Shown piece after piece: positions 14,310 through 36,632 of a stretch of 63,377 nt of DNA (position 1 is the first letter of the stretch; every line of letters starts with the position of its first letter). A program made the translations under genes and the position numbers. The notes beneath the pieces are model-generated. The model saw nothing but the letters and a program-made list of their open reading frames with translations, was not told the DNA's origin and searched no databases. Source of the DNA: Paraspadella gotoi (lineage: Eukaryota > Animalia > Chaetognatha); contig CM119270.1 of the NCBI GenBank assembly GCA_051294375.1, forward strand, positions 16,570,928-16,634,304, written 5' to 3'.

Positions 14310-14536
14310 CTCTCCGTCGCCAATCTTCAAATGAAGGAATTTTATTGTTCCTCTTTTCATAAAAACTTCACTCTCGGTTTTAAAAATGTCCGCTTGTCTT
14401 CGTCGGTTTCTTCTTTCGCCGACAAATTTGGTTTTTCTTCGATCTTTTTAAAGTCGTCGCCTTTTTGATCCAAAGATTCTATGATTGTTTGCTTTAATAG
14501 GGTGGCTACTTTTATATATTTTATCTCTATTTCTGT

Positions 14537-14600
<64 letters not shown>

Positions 14601-15647
14601 TTATCTTTCTTTTTTCTTTTTTAATATTTCCATTTCTTTTTCTCTTTCAGTATCACTTTCTATCTATTCTTCTTTCTTTTTTTTCTTTTTTCTCTTTCTT
14701 TCTTTCTTTCCTTTCCTCTTTCTTTTTCATTCTGTCTTCTTTTCATAACCATTTTTTCTATAATCTTTTTCTTTCTATATTTTTTTTCTCGCCAATTTGT
14801 CCACTCTACCATCATTTCTCACATTCTCTACCTTCACAACAACGCGACAGTCTCGACCGGCTTCTCAAACTTCAAATCTCCTCCTCCCGGTGACTATTTT
14901 CATGACGCTGAATACAAGAACGCCATCTCCACGCCGCGCTCGGCATGTGGCGTCGAGAGCGAGGATGTGACGCGATTAAAGGGCGACGATGACAACGACA
15001 AACACGACGACGACCACGACGACGGTGTCAGCGACGACCACGACGAAGACGACGACGACGACCAGAAACTCAGCTGGACGAAAGAAAAAAAGGGAGAGGA
15101 AAAATAATTATGACGACGACAACGACGACGACGACGATCAAAAAAGGTGAACGACAACAAAGTAACATTTTTGATACACCTAATTAAACGTTTAACCGCG
15201 GTTTTCAGTCAAGAGTTGACTGGTAGCTAAGCTTGCTTTCCATGGTCACTGTTTTAAATTGTCTTTTCTTTCCTTTTTGGCCAAAGAATAAAAAAAAATT
15301 GAAACCACATTATTTTCACGAAAAAGTTTTCAATAATGACCAATAAATATATTTATCAAATATAAAAGCAAGTTTCATGTTACGCTTACCATATGACTTA
15401 CCGAAAATGAAAATTATGAAAACAATGAAGAGAACGACGACGACGACGACGACGACGACTGTCAGGTTGACGACAACATGAGCGACCCAAACGAATGACG
15501 GGAAAAATTGAGCCGCAGAGGAAATTGACCGAAAGAAAAAAAGAAACCATGTTTGAATTCCACCAATTGTTTTTTCCCCTGTGGAGTAGTGAAGGGAGGA
15601 GGAGAGAAGAGAGAGAGAGAGAGAGACGAGAGAAGAGAGGAGAGAGA

Positions 15648-15695
<48 letters not shown>

Positions 15696-15760
15696 AGAGA
15701 AGAGGAATAGCAAGGGATGATGGTGAAGACCTTTAGAGAGAGAGAGAAGGAGGAGAGAGA

Positions 15761-15803
<43 letters not shown>

Positions 15804-16151
15804 TGAGTGAGAGAGACGCAGTGAATGGGGGCTGTCGTGAAAGAGTGAGAAGTGAAGATGGTGTTTTGAAAGAGAAAGGGAACGCTCGAAGTCGTGATGG
15901 AGTTGGGGAATATATTTCGATGGATTTGAAAATGAGAAAGAAAAAACGAAAATAAAATAATCCCATTGTTACAAGAAAAACGATGAAAGGCAAAGAAAAG
16001 GTTTAAGAAAAGAGGCGAAGTCTGATCAATTGACTTATTTTGGTTTAAGAAATTAATTAATTGAAACAAAAGAACGAATTAAGGTGGACGACGTGATGTT
16101 AATGAAAAAGAGGAAAAACAATCAAAAAGAACTCTTTTTTTCCCTTTTAGT

Positions 16152-16187
<36 letters not shown>

Positions 16188-16293
16188 TTTTCTTCCATGC
16201 TGGTTCATGACGACGGGAGGCGTCGACGTCAGAAAAATTTTGAGACATTCAGGAATTTCGACGCGAAATTGTGGGATATATTTTTTCATTCAT

Positions 16294-16364
<71 letters not shown>

Positions 16365-18129
16365 GTCTTTCTTTCTTTCTTTCTGTCTTTCTTTCTTTCT
16401 TTCTTTCTCCCTTTTTTTCTTTCTTTCTCTAGTTTCACTGTCGCTTTTTTATTTTCATTTTATTTTATTATCTTCTATATAGTTTTTTTATTTTCTTAAT
16501 TTCTAGTTCCCTCATAAAAATTCAAGTCTTTTTTATGTCATTCTCCCGTTTTTAATTGGATTCTCTCCTCGGATTCCCGACCAAAAAAAATCTTCACTAA
16601 ATTTATCGTGGTTGTCCTTTTTTCTGATTTCGTGTTCTTCCCTTCTCACAACTTCCTTAATTGCTGGTTTTCCTTTTTTTTTCTCTTTTTTTTTTTCAAG
16701 AAAGCGGCAAATAAATTCGTAGAAATTAGATTCATTGGCAATTTCTTAGGGAGGCTTGTCTGTACATTCATTCGATTTGTTAATTGTATTTCATTAATTT
16801 GAAACTGTAGTAGGGCCCTAAATGTTTCTTTTTCGAGGATAAAAAACTCTCGATTTCTAGTTGCTTCAAAAAACGAGCGGACAAATCCGATGGTTGGCAA
16901 TTTGCTATTGCGGATGCTCTTAATTATTTAAAATTAATCAAAATAAATGTTTAAATAACTGAAGAAAAAAATAAAAGTACACAAAAGTGATAAAAAAAAC
17001 ATGAAGTAACTCATGTTTTAAGTCAACTTTTATTATTTTAAGTTTTAAATTGTCAACTTTAATGTCTTTAATACTTTTCTGACTATTGCTATATGCAAAT
17101 GTATTTAAGATTAAAACTCAGAAAAAAAATATCGAATAGAAGAAGAAAGTCGAGGAAGAAAACTAACATACAATTTTTCTTATTTTATTCATGGTCTAAC
17201 CCTGTCCCAGATTTAACCTTTAATAATACCTGGTTAAACTTTAGACTTTTACGGACTTATTAGTCGAGATTCTCATTGGCGCTTTCGTCGCCGCCGCCAC
17301 CGCCGCCGCAGCCGCCGCAGCCGCCGCAGCCGCCGACTTCTCGACCTTGGTAAGTCTCTCTCCAACGCCGCCGGAGAAAGACGATCGCCCATGACTCACC
17401 CGCCGATTTTACGGTGAGGTTCTTGACGCGGCGACACAAAAGTGGGAAGAAAGAAATGAGGAAATTCGATTTTTAATGACCTCAACTTTTTTCTCTCTCT
17501 CGAGGGGTTGAGAAGGGGTCGAGAGGGAGTCGAAGGGTGTCTTAGAGGGGCGCGGAAGGGGGAGGTAATCATTCACGACGGGTGATTCTTTGATTAGACT
17601 GATTTTTAGGTAAGGACGAGTCGATCATCGAACGCGGCTCGGGTAAGTCAAGATCAGAAATGAGGAATTTAGTTTTGAAGTTGAGGAAGGAAGATAATTC
17701 TGGATTTTGACGTGGTTTACAATACGTATATTACAATACAATACAATACTATACAAGTCCCGGTGATATCTCCTGCATTTACAAACATAAGAATAAAAGA
17801 AGATTGATTGATCTTTTAGTTTTTCCTTTTAGTTCAAATTTTGAAAAAAAAAACTTTCAACCATAGCCTATGGCATAGAGAGAGATGATTGATATGTTTT
17901 ATCAACGGAATTTCCAATCGATTGCCATCTCAGTCTAAAATATGGAACGAGAATTAAGAGAATTTAAATGGTTATTTATGTTTATTTTGTTTGTTTACCT
18001 TTAGAGCAACCAATATGATATAATTACAAACATTTATTTGCTTAAAAGCAACCAAACGACGTTGCCACCTCAGAGATCAGATATGGAAAAAGTTAAAAAT
18101 AAATAAATAAACCAAAAAAACGACGATGA

Positions 18130-22910
<4,781 letters not shown>

Positions 22911-22974
22911 ACTTCTCCGCTCTCTAACCGTCGAATGGTTTTCTCTATTTCGTTTTAAAAGAGAGAGAGAGAAG

Positions 22975-23038
<64 letters not shown>

Positions 23039-23182
23039 GAACAACCCTGTAGCCACGAATCTCCGTCGAGAATCGGATAATCAGCCTGTAATCGGCGTCG
23101 ACAACACGGAGAACCCATTTCGCGGTAAAAGGCAGAAAAGAAACGATAGAGAGAGATGAGAGAGAGAGAGAAGAGAGAGAAG

Positions 23183-23228
<46 letters not shown>

Positions 23229-23401
23229 GAGAGAGAGGGGGCTTTCCAGTCCATGAGGGAAAAAGGTTGTTCTATATTGGATGAGACGCAATGAAGCTGG
23301 AGGGAATGGGAAGAGAAAAGGAGGAGGAGGAGGAGGAGGAGCAAGATCAACTAAAATTGGTTGTTTTTCGTCCGAAGCATCGAAAAAAAATATTGAACGA
23401 A

Positions 23402-23437
<36 letters not shown>

Positions 23438-24436
23438 AACGACGACGAAACAAAGAAAATGAAGAAAAGTTGATCTCCAAGAAAAAGATATATAAAATTT
23501 ATTCTTAGCAGAATTTCAATTTTGTATTATCAATAGTTAGATTGTATAGAGTTTTCAAAACAAATTAATCATTTCGAGTAACGGATTAGCGACTTCGTCG
23601 AACCACAGCCGCTGTCAAGATGTTTGGGAAAAACACAACTCGAAGACAACATAATTATGTGCCTGTCATCAACCTCAACACATATCCACCAATATCAGAT
23701 GCTTCATAAAGAGCCACTTTCGTAATTACTTTTGCTTAGCTGTTTCAGTTGTTCAAACCGAATCTAAACGAAAAAAAACACCGACTCTTGCTGCGAAAGT
23801 GACTGCATACAAAATTCGCGTTTCTTTCAACGATTTTCGTTGCTAAGAAACGAGACTCTCTCATCGCAACAAGAAGAGAAGAGAAGAGAGAGGAGCTAAA
23901 TCGAAGGGGAAGGGAGACTGGAGATGGGGGCAATTTGAAAAGGAGAAAGGTTGGCGACGAGAAAGAGGAAAGGATAAGAAACAGAAATGGAACGAGAGAA
24001 AGTAGGTGTTTGAGAGAAAATGGGGGTTTCATGGAAATGTGAGAAAAAAGGGGTTTTGTAAGAAAGTGGGGAAAAAGAGGAAAATTTAAGGAAAAGGTTA
24101 TATTAAAAAAAAATTGACTTTTAATCATTGTTTCTCGGGGTCACAATGATTTCCTTTTTCTATTTAGAATTAAAAACAAATCATTTTCGTCTTTTTCTCT
24201 TCGAAGTCCTCATCCTTTTTTATTTCCTAACCTCCATTATTCTTTCTTTAAATTTAACTTTTTTTTTCCACGATAGATTCAAAGCAGCGTCATCAAGACT
24301 CTTGCGTATAAATTCAAGGAATAAAATTTATTTTCAATTAATGTCTCTTTTCTAGTAAATCCACCGTCTACAACTTGACATTCTCGGCGTCAACACTTTC
24401 GTCGAATTCAATCGAATTGTTTCGTTGTCAAATTCT

Positions 24437-24467
<31 letters not shown>

Positions 24468-24715
24468 TGCGGTTTCTTGAAAAACGCCAATTACTTGTTT
24501 TCTCCTCCCGAAATAAGAATCGACGGGATTTTCTCGGGGGTCGATTTCGTCGTCGTCGTCGTCGTCGTCGTCGTCTTCATCGGCTTCGTCCTCCTCATCG
24601 CTGCTTCGACCGAAAGATTCTCCCGATTTCTTCTCTCTCCTCTTCCTCTTCCTCCTCCCATTGATTCTCTCGTTGAATCTTTTCCCCCGTCGAAATATAG
24701 AAACCGAACGAACCG

Positions 24716-24747
<32 letters not shown>

Positions 24748-24784
24748 GGTCGTTTTTTCTTGCGTTGGAACCCCGTTACGTCGA

Positions 24785-24821
<37 letters not shown>

Positions 24822-25076
24822 ATAAATAGACTCGCGTCTCCCACTTCCCTTCACTTCTCCCGTTTTTCGCGATTTTTTTTTCACGAAAATTCGAAAAATT
24901 AATTCTAAAACAGATTTTTTTTTACCACGAAATAAAAATTTCGACTTTCAAATTTCTCGTCATTAATATTAATCTCCGCCACAACAAACATTCGACGATT
25001 AATCACGAGATTGAACTAAATATTTCTAGAAACGAGAGACATCGTCTCTATCTCCATCTTCGTCTCCATCTCGCTC

Positions 25077-25175
25077 ATTGGCGCGACCGAGACTCCATCT
25101 TTTTTTTTCCGTCTCGCTCTCTCACTTTCTCCGATTTTCCCCCAAATAAATCGCCAATCTTCGATCGATATAAAA
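25077..25175 (+). promoter_or_regulatory. Putative Fezf core promoter
   Basis: ATTGG (25077), CCAAT (25154) and TATAAAA (25169-25175), about 95 nt upstream of the first ATG. Motif evidence only. Confidence 0.3.
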
Positions 25176-25194
25176 CTCACCACAGAAAACTTAA

Positions 25195-28565
<3,371 letters not shown>

Positions 28566-28882
28566 GAAGATTTGATTTGATTGATTGAATGATTGATTGA
28601 TTGATGGATTTGCTTGATTGATTTGCTTGATTGACTTGCTTGGATATCTCCCCTTCATTTTTCGCAAACCCTTTCTGCCCTTTCTACCGTTAACTTATGT
28701 AAATATTTTTTTTTCCACCGAATTTTACCACGATGCTGACTGCGTTAGTAACTGAGACGCCATTTAATTATCCATTTTTTTATTTTATTATCATTTAACT
28801 ATTTGTTAAGCCGAATATTTATTAAAAGTTGCGTCGGTGATCCCGATCCTTCTTTCTCATTTTTCAAAAGGCGTCGATCTTA

Positions 28883-28956
<74 letters not shown>

Positions 28957-29001
28957 ATCTCTCTCTTCTCTCTCACACACACAAAAAAAAATTAATTCGG
29001 C

Positions 29002-29007
29002 AATAAA
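29002..29007 (+). promoter_or_regulatory. Candidate polyadenylation signal of Fezf
   Basis: AATAAA about 440 nt after the stop codon. The UTR may extend further. Confidence 0.3.
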
Positions 29008-29838
29008 CGCAATAGTTCGTATGTCAACATCTGTGATTTTCGTGAAGTAAAATTATAAACTCGAATTAAGAATTTGTTAACTATTTCCTCGCCCACTGTT
29101 TCGAATTGATTAATTAGATTAGCGTTATTTATATATTATTCCCCATTCCTCTCCCCACTAATTGAAAAAAAAACGCTCTTTCTCCCCCTCCCACGGAAAT
29201 GTAGTTAATTATATTTCTCTGTCCCTTTGTCAATGGTTAAATTGTAAATTGACCCGGATGGCATATTATTTTGACTTGGACCCTTTCGCCAAACGAATAA
29301 GATTATTATTCTGCACATTTGTCTTTATTATTTAATAGCTTTTGTAGATATTTGATTATTGATACGTGTTCGCCATAAAATTACGGAGTCATGCAATCTG
29401 ATGAATACAGTCAATACATTTTGAATTATGATACAAAAAGTGTTTTACTAAATCTCTGACACAGCTGACAGCCTGATTAGTTATACGATTCGTATCTTTT
29501 GTGAGTTAGATTTTCTTGGTTACATTTCTAAAAAATAATCAACGGCTGAATAAGTGTTTGGTCTGTTCGTACATATAAAATTATTTACTTGATAGATTGC
29601 TCCGAGTAATTAAAAATCGTTTGAGATTTAGTATCAATAAAGATGTCAGAGGGAGAGACGGACGGACGGATACTGATCTTTTGCATGTCGGACTCTGTGA
29701 TGTTTAAAACTCGGAAACCCAAAAAAAAAGAAGTTTGAGAGTAAAAAAGAATAAAATGTTTAGAATTCTTATCGTTTGATAAGAAAAAGCTAATGGAAGC
29801 TTTTCTCTCGTTGGATTGCAAAAGTCTTCTCTCTCTCT

Positions 29839-29917
<79 letters not shown>

Positions 29918-30002
29918 AGCAATGGATTTCGTTCCTTCTTCCGATGATGAATGTTTTTTCGTAGCTTCGTCCTTCACGACGTCACGCGAGGACGCGAACG
30001 AC

Positions 30003-30040
<38 letters not shown>

Positions 30041-30171
30041 GAGCGAGGTGTGAGGATAACTGGGGCAAGCAATAGTGCGAAAGCGCGAGAGCGAGTCAGA
30101 GTGAGAGCGAGAGAGGGAGAACGTTCACGAGAGAGGTGAGAGTGAATCACTCTCGTTTGGTGGGGCGAGAG

Positions 30172-30244
<73 letters not shown>

Positions 30245-31358
30245 GAGAGAGAGAGAGAGGGAGAGAGAGAGAGAGACGATTAGCTTTTCAAGGGTGGTTC
30301 CAAGGTGAGCATCAAAGCTTTAAAACTTCTTGAAAAAAAGATTTTAGTATTTTCCTTGCATAACTCTTAGCTTTTCACTTTAAGTGTAGTCGAGTATTAA
30401 TTAGTATTACTAATTTTACTATGCCAAATACTATGCCAAATACTATGCCAGAGTTTCTACGTCGATAGAAAATTTGGAAGGATGATTCACACTGTGATGA
30501 CGTGAGGCGACCGGACGTCTTTTGTTTTCTTTATGTTGTTTATGTTTTGTTACCTCGTTTGTCCTCTCGCTCTCGCTCTCTCTCTCTCTGTCTCACTTCC
30601 GGTTTAAGGAACTCGACCGCCTTCTCGTCTGCGTCATTTTTATTTACGTCGACGGTTCACTTTTTGTTTGTGGAACCAAACGAGAACAAGGAAAAAGCAA
30701 CTCTNNNNNNNNNNNNNNNNNNNNNNNNNNNNNNNNNNNNNNNNNNNNNNNNNNNNNNNNNNNNNNNNNNNNNNNNNNNNNNNNNNNNNNNNNNNNNNNN
30801 NNNNNNNNNNNNNNNNNNNNNNNNNNNNNNNNNNNNNNNNNNNNNNNNNNNNNNNNNNNNNNNNNNNNNNNNNNNNNNNNNNNNNNNNNNNNNNNNNNNN
30901 NNNNNNNNNNNNNNNNNNNNNNNNNNNNNNNNNNNNNNNNNNNNNNNNNNNNNNNNNNNNNNNNNNNNNNNNNNNNNNNNNNNNNCAAGTGAACCTGCAG
31001 CTATGGAACCGTGAAACTCTTTTATCCCGTCTGAGCGAGACTTCACCACGGTTTCACTCGGTAAGAATCTTTATTGTTCTTCTGTTTTGGTGAAAGAAAG
31101 AAAGAACGTTTGAATATGTTATTGTTTACCTTTTTTCTTTACGCTCACAGAAAAAATCTTTTCACCCANNNNNNNNNNNNNNNNNNNNNNNNNNNNNNNN
31201 NNNNNNNNNNNNNNNNNNNNNNNNNNNNNNNNNNNNNNNNNNNNNNNNNNNNNNNNNNNNNNNNNNNNNNNNNNNNNNNNNNNNNNNNNNNNNNNNNNNN
31301 NNNNNNNNNNNNNNNNNNNNNNNNNNNNNNNNNNNNNNNNNNNNNNNNNNNNNNNNNN

Positions 31359-31389
<31 letters not shown>

Positions 31390-33573
31390 GGATCAGCGTG
31401 AACCGGCTAAACGGATAGGAGAGCTCACAGTTAAGATGTAAATCTCTTGAGGAGTGAATTTTGTTTTTGCGATTTCGAAACTTGAGAAGATGATCTGCGA
31501 AAATCTGCTTCACCCCTTGAGCCTTCGCCATTCACCATTCACCCCAATCACCATAGACCATTTCTTAACTCGGTTCATCCTTCTTAAATTTCACCACATC
31601 TTTCACCTCCCCCCCACCTAACATCAACCACCCCCAAGCCTCGTTCCCTCTTTCCACTCCGCCCACGCTAATCCCAACCCAACGAAAAATATTTTATTCC
31701 CACGCGCTACCCTCATTTCGTCGGTTTTAAAACCGACTGCAGTATAAAACACACGTTTCCAAAGCCCAAAAAGAAAAAAGCCGTCAAAAACGCTTAATCT
31801 TAATGAAAAAAATATACTTTATCTCGCTCTCTCTCTCTCTCTCAATCTTTCTACTAGCAAAATCAATCTCACATCTCTCTCTTACTCTCTCTACTCAAAT
31901 CTCTCTCATACTTCTCGTCTCTCTCTCTCCTCTCTCTCGATCCCGAAACCGTCTCAGGTGCCAACATTTCGCATAACGGAAGGAAGACGAGAGAGGAAAA
32001 AAACAAAAAGGAAACTAGGATTTGGCCACCGCAGGAGTTTTCGGAATAAAGAGACGATGTGGTTGGAAAATTAAGGAAAAGGAAGAAATGAGAGATCAAC
32101 ATATTGAGAAGAGAACTTAAGCCAGTGGTAAAACAGGTTGGGTGAAGGTAAGGGTATGGATAAACATATGGGTAAGATACAGCGGAAAATCTCGATGGAT
32201 CCTTAAAATTGCTCTTTCTACTAAATTTTGGTTATGGTTTTTATGGGAAAAAAACAAAAAACGTTTTCTTTTTCACGTCTTTTTAAGGCGCTCAATAGTG
32301 AGTGTCCGCCCACCCAATCAAACTAACTCTTCTCTCTCTCTCTCTCTCTCTCTCATCCCTCTCTCCTCCTCGTCTCTCTCTCCTCTCTCTCAATCTCTCT
32401 ACTCTCTACTCTCTCTCATAAATCACTCGGCACCACGACAGCGGAATTCCGCACTGCTGACGACTTTGAAACTTGGAGCGGAAAAAAATATACGAGTCAG
32501 TATATATCGGAGATGTGGTTGGGGTGGAGGTTTCAGGTCATGATTTTAGGGACGAAGATATTGGCAAATCGAAGTCAAGAATCTCTGTGAGATTCGAAGA
32601 ACTTGAATGAAAAACTTTTTGCCTCATACGGGGGAAAGTCGTTTTTAAGTTTACACATACGAGTTTTTTAAATTATACGAGATTCGGTTGTTTTAACCCT
32701 AAATATTGTTTTTGTTGATCCTCTCTCGGATCATTTTTTTTTTCGGGAATTTGTACATTAAAAAATTATGATTCTTTTACTTTGTACAACGAGGGATGCG
32801 TCATAGCCTATTTAATAATATTTGAAGGAAATAATTATCAAAGCCTTTTCTTCGTTTTACTATCCTGTCAAAACATTTCGTACCTATTTTTGTGTTTTCC
32901 GATTTTGATCCGTAATTGTTATCGAGGAAAGTCGTGCGTTCGTCGTCGTCGTCGTCGTTTCGTCGTCTTTCTTCTCGCGGAATGATCATGTTTAACTGTT
33001 TTCGATATATATTGAACGTTTAATCTCTTAATGGAAAGGAGAATAAAGAGGAGGAGGAGTGAAGGGAAAGGAGAAGAGCGCGAGAAACAAGAAAAATCAC
33101 AGAGTCAAAGTCAAATTAGGAATGAAAAGGGACGAGTTAGGAGAAAAAAAAGTACTATTAAACATTTAAATAAACAGGGCAAAATTACGTTTTTTAAATA
33201 TTTATACTATTTTTTTTAGTAAAATTGGCTGTTGAGAGGTTTAATTCATTGCCCTATTGAGGTTCGTTAACGTAAAAAAAAAAAAGACATCCCTTTTCGT
33301 CTCCAAAAAAAAAAAATCTTTAACTTCACATTTGTGATGCAATGAATTTTCTTTGGAAAGTCTTTCATTTCCACTCTTTTCGTCCAGTGAAAAGAGAAGG
33401 TGAGAAATGAACAAGAGATGAAAGTTGTTAAAAATATATTAAAGATTAATTCAATGTTTAGAAATATATAAAGGATAGATTTAAAAATACATAGTCTGAA
33501 GATTTATTTATTTATTAATAAAAAAGCCTCTAAACAACTTGAAAGGAAACCTTTAGAGTAACCCACGCTCAAC

Positions 33574-36500
33574 CGAGATTATGTCACTCTCCCCAAATCC
33601 TCCGCCCCGCGGCGGCCGCTTCTAGGGGCGGCCCCAGGGGGCAGGGACTATTCCAGGGGGAGCAGCGCCAAAATGGTCCATTAAGAGGTGGGCGCCTCCC
33701 TCTAGGATTGGCCTCCAGGGAGGACCCGCCCCAGGAGGAGGGTTCCTCCCCCCTGGGCGGCCAACATTTTGGGTCTATTTAGGGGCCCCCTTAATGCCTT
33801 AAGCCCCCTCGGGGACCAAAAAAAAGTCTGGCCCCCTGGAGGGTAAAACCCCCTTGTAGGGAGCAAAAAAACTTCTCCCCCAGGGCAGCGAGGTTAAAAG
33901 AGAGGCCAAGTTTCTAGATGAGAATCAAATATTACTTTCTGAACGATGGTTTAATTATATCTTGAGAAATATTTCTCCCTGTCTGCTTATCTCTCTTTCT
34001 TCTTTCCCTTTCTTTTTTTTTTTCTCCTCTCTCTTTTTCTCTCTTCTCTCTTTTTTCTTACACATTCACTTCTTTCTTTTTTTTCTCTTCCTCTTCTTTT
34101 TTTCTCGTCTCTATAGAATTCTTTTTTGTTCTCTCTCTCTATTCAAGACTTGTTTTTATGGTTTAAAAGAAATTTAAAATATACCATATTTTTTTCAAAA
34201 TTATTGTTTAACATACATTATATTTCCATTATCTTTATCGAAAAAAATTATAATATTTGTATTTTTATAACCAAATTATTTTTATTCAGTTAAACAAAAA
34301 GATATAGAAAAACAATTTTTAGCAAAACAAAGATATGAATAAGGACGTAGCAAACCACACAAAATTTAGCATGGAGAGTTAAAAAAAAGCTAATCGAGTC
34401 ATTATGTACTTACTTTTTTTGAGTCTTTTTTTAGATCTTATCTTTTTTTTATAATTTTTTTTTCTTTTTCTAGTATTTTGTTGAGGTAATATGGACATGA
34501 CTTGAACGTAGACGTGATAGGAGAGTTTAATTTTATTTTATTAAAAAATTATTTCATATTTGATTTTTTTAAAAAAAAAATTAAAATAAAATCACCAAAA
34601 AACAAAATAATGAGGCAAGCTGGACTGACAAGACCTACTTAGATGAATTATGGAAGTCCCACCCAAAAAAAAAACAATAAAAAAACATATTTCATCAACT
34701 TAAGACGACGTTCTACATCGTAAAATAAAAATTTTATTTGTAACATTTAAGGGAATTGGTAATTTAATAATCGTCAGTTTGTTAGATTGCTTAAAGAGAG
34801 AATGAACTCACGTTGTTAGTTTAAGAGGCTGACGAATTTGAGAGAATAGAAGAAGAGTGAGCAAAAACTATATAAATCTAGCTCAATCAACATATACTTT
34901 TCTACCCACACACAAAATTTATTAATTCCAAACAGATCACATACTATTTTAAATCACGAATAAATTAGAGAGTTTAATGAGACTAATATAGGGATGACTT
35001 TAAAAGACCTATAGAATAATTAAATTAAAATATAATTCAAATTAAAAAATAATATTTAATAAAAATATATTTATTATAAGTGAATTTAAAAAAAATTTTA
35101 ACCATCCCTACTCTATTATTCTATAAAATTTATTTTAAGATAAAATTTTGTTGTGTGGGTTTAGGAAAAATAAAAGTGGAGTTTTAATGGAAAAAAAAAA
35201 AAAGATTAACCTTTTACATTGAACATTATTTAAAAAAAATTTCTTTTTTGACTCTTAATTTCTCTCTTCTTTTTTTTTATTATTTCTATCGGATTAATAT
35301 TAAATTAATTAATTAGATAATTGTTTTTGAAGTTTGATTGTTGACCAAAATTATATAAGTTTGACCAAATTATCCCAAGTTTCCAAAATTATCTAAGTTG
35401 AACCAAATTATGCAAGTTTGACCAAATTATGACTGTTGAACTAAAAATTAAGCAAAATTAACAATTGTTATACCAGATTGAGACTAATTTATGCCAAGAT
35501 TTGACAAATCTAATTGAAAAATTAGAGACACAAAAATAAATTACAAGTTTTGACCACAAATTATGCGAGATTAGGGATAATTTATATAATGGCAAATTAG
35601 AGAGAAAAATAATTTAAAATTTAAAATTATGAAAAAAAGAGAGAAAATATTATATTACCAAATAAATGAAAGTTTTACCCAAAATTATATAGAAAAAGTT
35701 ATATCAAATTATTAAAGTATTATTAACCAAATTATTTTAAAGTTTAGCCAATTATGAAGTATTAACCAAATAAGCAAAGAGAATAATAAAACTAAAATTA
35801 TTAAAAAAAAATATAAACAAAATAATATGAAAAGATTTATCCCCAAAATTCATAAAAGTTTACCAAATTTTAAAAGTAGTATTAATTTATATCAGTTTGA
35901 CCAATTATGTCAGTTGACAAAAAAATTAAATGAGTCCAAAATGAAAAAACTAAATTATGCAAGGTGAACAAAAGTATAATGACAACGTAAGGAAATAATT
36001 GAGATGCAGGCTATTTGGTTTAATTGAATAGATTAAAATTGAAAGTGAAAATATTATTTTATTTAATATATTATTTTATTGTAATATTGAAAAGATGAAA
36101 AATATAGAAAAATAAGATAGAGAAAAACGGAAGAGAGAAAGAAAAAAGAAGAAGAAAGAAGAAAAGGAAAAAGAGAAGAAGAAGTAGAGGGAGATCGAGA
36201 AGAGATAAGAGAGGGATAGAAAAGAGCAGAACCGTTACCAGGTAAGAGAGACAAGACGAAAAAAATACCATCCCCAAACATAAAAAAAAGAAAAAGAAAG
36301 AAGAAAAAAGACACACAACAAAGAGGAGGAAACAAGGATTTTTGTATTACTAAGACCCTGAAAAGCAGAGAGAAGAAAAAATATCACACACACAATAAGA
36401 GAGAGGAGAAAGAAAAAAAGATAAGATGCACCCCTTGGCGAGGCTCCCCAAAAAAAAGAGAGCGCTACAGGGTAGAGCGCGCCGCCCACTAGGCAAAAAC

Positions 36501-36632
36501 CAACAAACAAACACGACAACGGGATTAAGGAATTTGCCTGCCTCGGGGCGGCCCCGGGGCTAACTCCGCGGGGCCGCCCCCAGCACCGCCCCCCGGGGGA
36601 AAGCGATTTCTGATAAGGATCGACATCACTTG
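33574..36632. mobile_element. Probable non-autonomous hAT-like DNA transposon insertion (~3.06 kb; low-quality sequence)
   Basis: Flanks 33330-33573 and 36633-36870 are contiguous in the copy at 37280-37668 (empty site CGCTCACC at 37471). Putative 8-bp TSD CGCTCAAC/CGCTCAAA. Degenerate termini (CGAGATTATGTC... / ...GACATCACTTG) and GC-rich GCGGCC-containing subterminal blocks at both ends. No transposase ORF visible. Confidence 0.5.
35330..35960 (+). repeat. Degenerate ~19-20-bp minisatellite (TTGACCAAATTATGCAAGT-like) inside the putative transposon
   Basis: Recurrent GACCAAATTAT..AAGTT units. Confidence 0.6.
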
